The notes beneath the pieces are model-generated. The model worked only from the letters and a program-made list of their open reading frames with translations, made no database searches and was not told the origin of the DNA. From Patescibacteria group bacterium (GTDB lineage Bacteria; Patescibacteriota; Patescibacteriia; UM-FILTER-42-10), in assembly GCA_041666845.1 (NCBI GenBank), contig JBAYGC010000005.1:584-64583 (forward strand): DNA of 64,000 bases. The letters are read 5' to 3'. A program made the translations under genes and the position numbers. This document shows, piece by piece, positions 21,624-28,707 of the stretch. Position 1 is the stretch's first letter. Every line of letters begins with the position of its first letter.

Positions 21624-22316
21624 CTATGTCTTCTCAACCTTCTTTTTAATTTCTTCCAGAATTTCGATCTGCATTTCCTGTATCTGCATCATTTTTGACC
21701 ATTGATCCAGAAGCAGATGATCCACTTTCTCGTGCAGTGTCCGTATTTCGATTTCCGATTTTAAATTGACCTTGTAATCATTTTCCGATCTGATTCGGTC
21801 TTTCTTCTCCTGCCGGTTCTGACTCATCATAATGATCGGCGCTTGAATAGCGGCGATGCAGGATAAGATTAAGTTCATCAAAATGAAGGGGTAGGGGTCG
21901 AATGGCTTCTTCAGAATAAGCATACTGTTTAATGAGATCCACCCGAATAATATAATGAAAAATATAATAATGAATTTCCAACTGCCGCCGAACAGTGCGA
22001 CTCTGTCAGAAATCTTATCACCTAATTTCAAATCTTCTTTTGCCAGGACATTATCATTTTCTGTAATTGTTTCATTTTCTTTTATACTTTTTAACACTTC
22101 ATTCTGCAGATTCTGAATATTTCCCGTTTCTTCTTTGATGATGTTTAGTATGTATTTATCTCGGTATTTGTTGTAATCATCTTTACAAATCTTATTTGTA
22201 TCCGACCAGTCCGGAAAATCAATTCGAATCAAAGATTCAATCTCATGCCGGATGCCATGTCCTGATATCAGATCATCAGCTGAAAATGTTTTTTTACAAA
22301 TGTCACAAGTATTCAT
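21624..22316 (-). CDS. DUF1003 membrane protein
   Basis: FGGSWKFI...FDPYPFILMNL...QAPIIMMSQNRQ. Confidence 0.92.
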   Translation of the reverse strand: MNTCDICKKTFSADDLISGHGIRHEIESLIRIDFPDWSDTNKICKDDYNKYRDKYILNIIKEETGNIQNLQNEVLKSIKENETITENDNVLAKEDLKLGDKISDRVALFGGSWKFIIIFFIILFGWISLNSMLILKKPFDPYPFILMNLILSCIAAIQAPIIMMSQNRQEKKDRIRSENDYKVNLKSEIEIRTLHEKVDHLLLDQWSKMMQIQEMQIEILEEIKKKVEKT

Positions 22317-22338
22317 ATTAGTGGCCTCCCATTATTTT

Positions 22339-22833
22339 TTAAACCACTTTGGCATAAAGATACGCGTCGTGTAGTTCATCACCGCGCCGCGCCGCTTTGC
22401 GCATAATGCCTTCTTTTTTGTATCCGCATTTGATCGCTACTTTCTGACTGCCGGAATTTTTAGTATTCATCTTGATTTCGATCCTGACAAGTTTCATTTT
22501 TTTGAATCCTATTTTTTCCAACTGTTTTACCGCTTTGGTGGTGATACCTCTGCCCCAGTAGGCCTCGTCTAGAAAATAACCGATCTCTCCGCACTGTTTA
22601 TTGTCGGGGTTGATTTTGATTCCGCAACCGCCTACCATCTTTGTATCGTACATGATAGCGAAGTGCTGGTTCAGACTCTTTTTATTCTGCTTGGCGTGTT
22701 TCTGAAGTATCTTTCTTTCTGCTTCAATTGATTTTGGGCAGATCCGGAAATAAATAAAATTGGGGTTGTTTAATATTTCATAAAACCTTTTGGCGTCGGA
22801 TACTTTCTGTTTGCGGATTGTTACTTTGGGCAT
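22339..22833 (-). CDS. GNAT/RimJ-family acetyltransferase
   Basis: EIGYFLDEAYWGRGITT, NSGSQKVAIKCGYKKEG; start re-called at MPKV. Confidence 0.9.
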   Translation of the reverse strand: MPKVTIRKQKVSDAKRFYEILNNPNFIYFRICPKSIEAERKILQKHAKQNKKSLNQHFAIMYDTKMVGGCGIKINPDNKQCGEIGYFLDEAYWGRGITTKAVKQLEKIGFKKMKLVRIEIKMNTKNSGSQKVAIKCGYKKEGIMRKAARRGDELHDAYLYAKVV

Positions 22834-22834
22834 G

Positions 22835-23059
22835 CTATTTATGCATTTGATTTGGATGATTACCGTTGCCTTCCTCAATAATTTTTATGATAATTAATGA
22901 GATTACGGAGGCGACAAGTATAACACCTAGTGTGCTTAGTGCTTTCCAGGCAACATCATCATTGTATACACCCCAAATAGAAAGTATGGATAATGTTGCC
23001 ATCAAAATGACGGCCATGGTAAGTATAATCGCTACCCATCTTCGGGCTGTTTTTAGCAT
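22835..23059 (-). CDS. Small 2-TM protein
   Basis: 74 aa, two hydrophobic helices, abuts the GNAT gene. Confidence 0.75.
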   Translation of the reverse strand: MLKTARRWVAIILTMAVILMATLSILSIWGVYNDDVAWKALSTLGVILVASVISLIIIKIIEEGNGNHPNQMHK

Positions 23060-23089
23060 AGTATTTTTGAATTATTGATTTAAGTCTTC

Positions 23090-23140
23090 GGAATATGAGG
23101 CTTTAGCTTTATATGAGGTAAGGCTAAAGCCTTACATTCC
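23090..23140. repeat. REP-like hairpin
   Basis: ggaatatgaggctttagc...gctaaagccttacattcc. Confidence 0.6.
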
Positions 23141-23169
23141 ATTACCATTTAATTTTTAATGTCTTCAAA

Positions 23170-24258
23170 CTAGTTATCACTTTTTGCTGAAGCTTGTTGA
23201 ATCCGCCGACAGCGTTCCAGGTGATAGTCATAAAAAACACATCCTTCGCCAATACAGCTGGTACGTGGGCAGACGGTGGCAAGTTGGTTCGGATCAATCG
23301 CTTTTTTTAAAATTTCCTTAATTTCTTCTAAGCTCAATCTGGTTGGCGTCACGCCCTCCGGTGCGATCCCGCCGTTCTGAATGCTATTGGCAGTGGTGTC
23401 ATAATACCATTCTTCCACCCCCTTCAGGCGAGCGGATTTTGCCAGTTCATCAATGCTGGTGATTTCTAAGATAGCATCTTTCTTGCGTGCCTCTTCTATC
23501 CGGAGCATGACAGCGACGTCTTTGAGGTTGATGTCGCGCATTTGCCTGGTAATCAAGTTGGTGTGTCCCGTAGAAAGTCTTTGTACGACTACATCCGCTT
23601 TAGTGTCCGGATTTGCCCGCAAAAAACCCACCAGACTAATATCATCATTTTCTACGACCACGATTTTTACCAGTTTCTTACCCTGGAATACTTCAAACTG
23701 GTCGGTCTTTTTTTCCTGCTGGAGTTTTTCCCATTCCTGCGGAAGAACGGTCATTCTTTTGCGTTCCTCGCGGTAGTGTGAAACAAAAATCGGCATGACA
23801 ATATTGATAATCTTCTGCGGCTCACTTTGGTATTCGCGGTTCAGGTTCATAATCAGGCCGGAAAGGCCGAAAGCCCGGTCGATCGGGTCGCTCGAGATAA
23901 TCCCTTTTCCTTCCAGATCGTCTCTTTTGACATAAGTAATCAGTTTCTTCAGTGCTGGGTCATTTTCCACACCTAGGAATTTTGCCACCAAAGTAGTGGC
24001 ACATTCTCCCGTGTTATCTTTACCGCCTTCCTCGGTGTGGTGGTCAAATTTTCCGCCACCCATGTCGATGAGTAAAATACCCTCGCTTTCCAGTTCATCA
24101 GTATTCCTGCCTTCCGGAACACTGTTCCAGAATTCAATCTTGCTGTTTCTAACCCCCGGGAACTTTTCTTCGCCAAAAAGCTTCAATAACATAATCGCTA
24201 CGATATTGTCCGGATGCGGACGGGGAAAGATTACGATTGTATGGATTGGTTGGGACAT
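23170..24258 (-). CDS. DHH/MYG1-like putative phosphoesterase with a Cys-rich C-terminus
   Basis: PHPD, IDMGGGKFDHH, CATTLVA; C-terminal CX4CX4CX8C. Confidence 0.7.
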   Translation of the reverse strand: MSQPIHTIVIFPRPHPDNIVAIMLLKLFGEEKFPGVRNSKIEFWNSVPEGRNTDELESEGILLIDMGGGKFDHHTEEGGKDNTGECATTLVAKFLGVENDPALKKLITYVKRDDLEGKGIISSDPIDRAFGLSGLIMNLNREYQSEPQKIINIVMPIFVSHYREERKRMTVLPQEWEKLQQEKKTDQFEVFQGKKLVKIVVVENDDISLVGFLRANPDTKADVVVQRLSTGHTNLITRQMRDINLKDVAVMLRIEEARKKDAILEITSIDELAKSARLKGVEEWYYDTTANSIQNGGIAPEGVTPTRLSLEEIKEILKKAIDPNQLATVCPRTSCIGEGCVFYDYHLERCRRIQQASAKSDN

Positions 24259-24293
24259 GGGGTTTTTATACTGTCATCAAAGTAATTACTGAA

Positions 24294-24410
24294 TGTCACT
24301 TCGACCGTAGTGGACCCGCCTCGCGTCGACGAGTAGAAGCGAGTCGAGGCGGGGAAGTCTATAGATTTCTCGGCTTCGTCTTGCTTTGCGCGACTACGCT
24401 CGAAATGACA
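24294..24410. repeat. Nested REP-like inverted-repeat element
   Basis: tgtcacttcgaccgtagt...actacgctcgaaatgaca termini with inner palindromic inserts. Confidence 0.75.
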
Positions 24411-24464
24411 CACAGGAGGGAAGTAATGGTTTCATACATAAGTATAACGCAAAAAGCTTTATAA

Positions 24465-24527
24465 AAAAAGTAGGCCCCCGGAGTAAATCATCATGCAGAA
24501 TTGCAGACGAAATACTCGCGGGGGCAC
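24465..24527 (-). terminator. Probable terminator of the GC-rich paralog
   Basis: gcccccg/gagta...tactc/cgggggc stem followed by a T-run on the minus strand. Confidence 0.55.
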
Positions 24528-24560
24528 AGGGGTGAAAGAGCGAAACGATGCTGGCGAACG

Positions 24561-25616
24561 CTAGCGGATGGTTTCCTTCACCAGGTCGATGAAGGTCTCC
24601 GCGCGCCGGCCGGTCGGAGTGGTGTTGCGAGCGCCACCCGAACCGTTGAGGATCGCGTTGATCCTCGTGTCATAGAACCAGAGGTCCTTCGCGTCACGGC
24701 CGTCGGTGCGGTAGGCACTCTCGGTCGCGATGATGACGTCGTACAGTCGGTTCAGGTTGATCCGCGGCTGGACCCGGTTGGAGGTCAGGATGACGATCCG
24801 CTTGGAACGACTGACTACGATGATCAGGTCGACCCGACCATCGTTGAGGAGGGCGCGGGGGACACGGGTGTCGTCGGTGTGGATCAACACACCGCGTTGA
24901 TCCCGACCACTGGACTTGAAGACGAACTTCGTCGTGTCCTTGTGGTCGAGGATGTCGATCGCCTTGTCCTTGGCCACCTCGTTGGCGGCCTTGCACTTGG
25001 CGAACACCTCGCGCCACCAACGAGCCTCGCGGAGGATCTCACTGTCGGTGGCGCCGGTGATCATCAGGTTACGGATGTAGCCTGCCATACACCAGGGGGA
25101 CTCGTGGTTGCCCAGATGCTGGACGAGCGTCTGGACGTCGGGATGCCGACGGTCCACGGGGACCTTCAGCTCCTTGCCGATGCTGTTGACGTAGGCGTCG
25201 ATCACGCGGAAGATCCGCGAGATGACGGTCATGGGGGCATACCCTTGCTTGTACATCTCCCGAAGGAGCCATACGAGCGAGTAGGGCAGACCCTTAAGTC
25301 CACCCGTCTCGTTGTTCTCGTTGCAGATCGCAACGAGCGGGATCAGGCGGTGACTGCGAACCTTCAGGGTCTCGGCGACGATCTCCGTCGCGGAACCCTT
25401 ACCGGCCACTTGGTACTTGTACGGACCGATGTCGATGATGAACATGCGGTCCCGCTGCCACTCGTCGATCTGGGACTGTTCCGGCTGGAACTCGCCCGAG
25501 AGCACGAGGTTGAGGTCTTCGAGCTTCGTGACCGTGAACCTGCAGTACAGGTACAGGGCGACGATCTTGTCGAACACCGGACGAGCGGGGATGACGACGC
25601 CAGTAAACCGCTTCAT
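24561..25616 (-). CDS. GC-rich homolog of the adjacent DHH/MYG1-like protein, lacking the HxD and DHH histidines
   Basis: SD AAGGAG before ATG 25616; collinear motifs with 23170-24258 (DKIVA/DNIVA, IDIG/IDMG, WFYDTRINAILNG/WYYDTTANSIQNG). Confidence 0.8.
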   Translation of the reverse strand: MKRFTGVVIPARPVFDKIVALYLYCRFTVTKLEDLNLVLSGEFQPEQSQIDEWQRDRMFIIDIGPYKYQVAGKGSATEIVAETLKVRSHRLIPLVAICNENNETGGLKGLPYSLVWLLREMYKQGYAPMTVISRIFRVIDAYVNSIGKELKVPVDRRHPDVQTLVQHLGNHESPWCMAGYIRNLMITGATDSEILREARWWREVFAKCKAANEVAKDKAIDILDHKDTTKFVFKSSGRDQRGVLIHTDDTRVPRALLNDGRVDLIIVVSRSKRIVILTSNRVQPRINLNRLYDVIIATESAYRTDGRDAKDLWFYDTRINAILNGSGGARNTTPTGRRAETFIDLVKETIR

Positions 25617-25860
25617 GGCTTTCTCCTTCGGCCAGAAGTAGGTGCACATGTGTCTCGGGAATCGAGACGGTCATGTTTTCAAGGAGCGGATCTCCTTGTT
25701 GGAGCCCGCGATCACTTACAGTGATCCTAGGCTCAAACAAAAAGCTTTCAGTGTACACATGGAGAGACTCTGAAAGCGCTGAATGTTGACATAGCTCTCT
25801 CCTCTGTCCTCCGTAGTGCCGCGAATGCGGTACGAAGGAGTGACAGAATTCTATGTTAAC

Positions 25861-25980
25861 AGGCCAGTATACACCCAAAAGGGGGTTTTGTCAACCCCGT
25901 TAGAGAAACTTCTCTAACGGGGTCAAGACTGTGTGGGCTAATTTTAGCTAATGTTAGCAATTAATTAATTTGATGGATTC
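25861..25980 (-). promoter_or_regulatory. Duplicated promoter module (TTGACA-17-TATACT)
   Basis: -35 at 25889-25894, -10 at 25866-25871; inverted homolog of 18961-19080. Confidence 0.8.
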
Positions 25981-26100
25981 CCGGATCCCCGGCCGCCTAA
26001 CTGCCGTTAGGCAGTGGGGCAGGCAAGCCCGAGAATGACAAATAATACACCCCACCCCTGTCATTCCGGAATCCGACGAGAGGAGGATATCCGGAATCTA
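25974..26100. repeat. REP-like pair (nested element plus TGTCATTCCGG...CCGGAATCTA)
   Basis: 65/67 identity with 18863-18929. Confidence 0.85.
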
Positions 26101-26118
26101 TCTTAATCCGCTCAAGCG

Positions 26119-26164
26119 CTCCGACAAGCGACCTGTCTAGGATTATAGTAATATGGTTTTCTGG
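26119..26164 (-). repeat. 46-bp dispersed boundary element, copy D
   Basis: Reverse complement is 37/46 identical, gapless, to copy B. Confidence 0.8.
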
Positions 26165-26219
26165 AGAACTGAACCCCACCCTTAACCTTTAGGCAATAGA
26201 CAAGTATAATTAAAACACC

Positions 26220-27983
26220 ATGCAGAAAAAACTGGAAAACATACCACAAAAACCGGGGGTCTATTTTTTCAAAGACGGGAAGAATAATATTCTTTATATC
26301 GGCAAGGCGACGAACCTGAAAAGCAGGGTGCGTTCCTATTTCCAGAAATCCGCTTCCTTGGAAATTACTAAACAGATCATGGTGCAGAAAGCGGTGGACG
26401 TAGATTATGTAATTGTAGACTCGCCGACAGAGGCACTACTACTCGAATCCAGCTTAATCAAAAGATACAAACCGCCGTATAATATTAATCTTAAAGATGA
26501 CAAATATTTTGTTTATCTGAAGGTGACACTGGAAGAGGAGTTTCCGCGGGTACTAACGGTGCGACGGGTGGAAAAAGATAAAAACCGCTATTTCGGCCCA
26601 TATGCATCCGCCACAGCGGTCAAAAACACTTTGCATCTATTGAAAAGGATATTCCCGTACAAGATTTGTAAAAATCCTCCAGAGCAACCGTGTCTGGGTT
26701 ATCACATCGGCAGGTGCCTTGGGCATGTTACAGATGTAAATACGAAGAAAGATTACCAGCAGATCGTCCAGGGTGTTCTAAACTTTCTGGAAGGAAAAAA
26801 TACCAAGATTGTTTCCGATCTGAAATCCGAAATGAAACTGGCAGCCAAGCAGAAGAGATTCGAAAAGGCGGCCAGGCTACGCGATCAGATTTTTTCCATC
26901 GGATCGGTAATGGAAAGACAGAAAGTGGTGTCCACCAAAAAAGAAAACCAGGATTATATCAGCATTGCCCGTACTGAAAGTATCGCCGCAATCAACCTGT
27001 TTATGGTACGCGAAGGAAAACTGATCCATCAGGAAAGCTTTCTACTGGAGCATGTGAAAAACCGGCCGGATGAAAAATTGCTGGAGTCTTTTTTGAGCCA
27101 GTATTATTCACAAGTTTCCCAATTCCCAAAACAGATATTTATTCCGGTGGGGCTAAACGATGCTGAAATACTGGAACAGTTCACCAAAGCAAAAATTTCT
27201 GTGCCAAAAAGAGGAAAAAAACAAAAGCTGATCAAACTGGGTGCGGTAAATGCTGAGCAGTATTTGCGACGACATGAATTGGAAGTTGCTAGTCGTGACC
27301 AGATCGGCATGAAGGCGATTCAGGAGCTCGCGGAAAAGCTGGGTTTGAAAAAACCCCCGCACCGGATTGAGGCATACGACATATCCAATATCCAAGGGAC
27401 AAACGCAGTCGGTTCCATGGTGGTTTTTACCGACGGTCTGCCGAATAAAGCACAGTATCGCAAATTTAAAATCAAGACTGTCAAAGGTGCAAACGATCCC
27501 GCAATGATGCGTGAGGTTTTGAGCCGGAGGTTTGAAAAAGTCAAAACAGAGATGAAAAACCGCTGGCTGTTGCCGGATCTGGTTATTCTGGACGGGGGAA
27601 AGGGGCAGTTGAGTTCTGGAGTTTCAGTCTTTGCGCGTAGTGGAATTAAAATCCCGATTGTTGCGCTGGCCAAGCAGGAAGAAGAAATATTTATTCCGGG
27701 GAAAAGTGAATCAATCAGGATCTCCCATGATTCGGAAAGTTTGAAACTACTACAAAGAATCCGTGATGAAGCGCACCGTTTTGCAATCGGATTTTATCGT
27801 TCAAGACACAGGAAGGCAACACACCGTTCGCTTTTGGACGAGATCCCGGGAGTCGGTCCCGTATTAAAGAAAAAACTGATCCTGGAATTTGGTTCAGTGC
27901 AGGGGATTCGTGAGGCAAGCGGACAGGAGTTAGAAAAAATATTAGGAAAAAATTTAGCCAAAAATATTAAACAATATATTTAA
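26220..27983 (+). CDS. uvrC: Excinuclease ABC subunit C
   Basis: GIY-YIG (PGVY...YIGKA), RIEAYDIS, DGGKGQ, RDEAHRFA, HhH. Confidence 0.98.
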   Translation: MQKKLENIPQKPGVYFFKDGKNNILYIGKATNLKSRVRSYFQKSASLEITKQIMVQKAVDVDYVIVDSPTEALLLESSLIKRYKPPYNINLKDDKYFVYLKVTLEEEFPRVLTVRRVEKDKNRYFGPYASATAVKNTLHLLKRIFPYKICKNPPEQPCLGYHIGRCLGHVTDVNTKKDYQQIVQGVLNFLEGKNTKIVSDLKSEMKLAAKQKRFEKAARLRDQIFSIGSVMERQKVVSTKKENQDYISIARTESIAAINLFMVREGKLIHQESFLLEHVKNRPDEKLLESFLSQYYSQVSQFPKQIFIPVGLNDAEILEQFTKAKISVPKRGKKQKLIKLGAVNAEQYLRRHELEVASRDQIGMKAIQELAEKLGLKKPPHRIEAYDISNIQGTNAVGSMVVFTDGLPNKAQYRKFKIKTVKGANDPAMMREVLSRRFEKVKTEMKNRWLLPDLVILDGGKGQLSSGVSVFARSGIKIPIVALAKQEEEIFIPGKSESIRISHDSESLKLLQRIRDEAHRFAIGFYRSRHRKATHRSLLDEIPGVGPVLKKKLILEFGSVQGIREASGQELEKILGKNLAKNIKQYI

Positions 27984-28438
27984 TGACTGAACAAAAAGCA
28001 ATTAATAAAAAATTAACCATGTGGAAGAAATGGAGAATTATTATCCTTGTTGCATTATTTCCAGTTATATATAGTATTCCTTTCTCTGTGTTTTGGAGAC
28101 AGATATTATGGGCATATTATATTGGTTATTTAGCAAGCATTGTTGGAGGTTATCTCAAAACAGCATTTTCAAAAGTATTCAGTATTACGAAGTCAGTTGA
28201 AAATGCAAAAGGAAATTCAATAATACGTTCAATAGTATTCATTTTTATTGTAGTGGTGTCTGTATTTATAGGCTGGATATTTATTACGTTGTATATGATA
28301 GTGGATCTTATGATTAGTCAGGGTCAAGGAGATGTGGAATTATGGATGATAATGATTAGCATTTTCAGTTTCTTCAGCCCTACACTATGGCAATTTATCC
28401 GTAGTGGTTTATCTGAGAAACATATAAATAATTCCTGA
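27983..28438 (+). CDS. AT-rich 4-TM hypothetical protein
   Basis: Overlaps the uvrC stop by 1 nt; hydrophobic. Confidence 0.7.
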   Translation: MTEQKAINKKLTMWKKWRIIILVALFPVIYSIPFSVFWRQILWAYYIGYLASIVGGYLKTAFSKVFSITKSVENAKGNSIIRSIVFIFIVVVSVFIGWIFITLYMIVDLMISQGQGDVELWMIMISIFSFFSPTLWQFIRSGLSEKHINNS

Positions 28439-28454
28439 TTCAAATTATAAAAAA

Positions 28455-28482
28455 GGAACGTGGACTGATCAGTCCACGTTCC
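28455..28482. repeat. Perfect 28-bp palindrome
   Basis: ggaacgtggactgatcagtccacgttcc. Confidence 0.85.
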
Positions 28483-28498
28483 ATTGACGGAAAACAAT

Positions 28499-28648
28499 AT
28501 GCCAGCAAAGAAAATAAATATTGAAGAGGAGAGTGAAGCACTGAAAGCAATCCGACGGCAGAAAAAGAAATCACCCAGAATGAAGGTTTCGGGGGGTTCT
28601 GTTCGTGAGCTCGCGAGGATTATTAAAAATAAATCTGTAAAAAAGTAA
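28499..28648 (+). CDS. Small basic protein (49 aa, absent from the ORF track)
   Basis: MPAKKINIEEESEALKAIRRQKKKSPRMKVSGGSVRELARIIKNKSVKK; fills the intergenic gap. Confidence 0.6.
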   Translation: MPAKKINIEEESEALKAIRRQKKKSPRMKVSGGSVRELARIIKNKSVKK

Positions 28649-28707
28649 CCATTGCCCGATGCATTTATTTCATAAATGCCCGGGTCGCAATGGTTTCTCT
28701 ATTTCTA

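Noticed and set aside
24501-25724. 407-aa plus-strand ORF
   Set aside because: Antisense shadow of the GC-rich minus-strand gene, which has the SD, promoter and homology to its neighbour.
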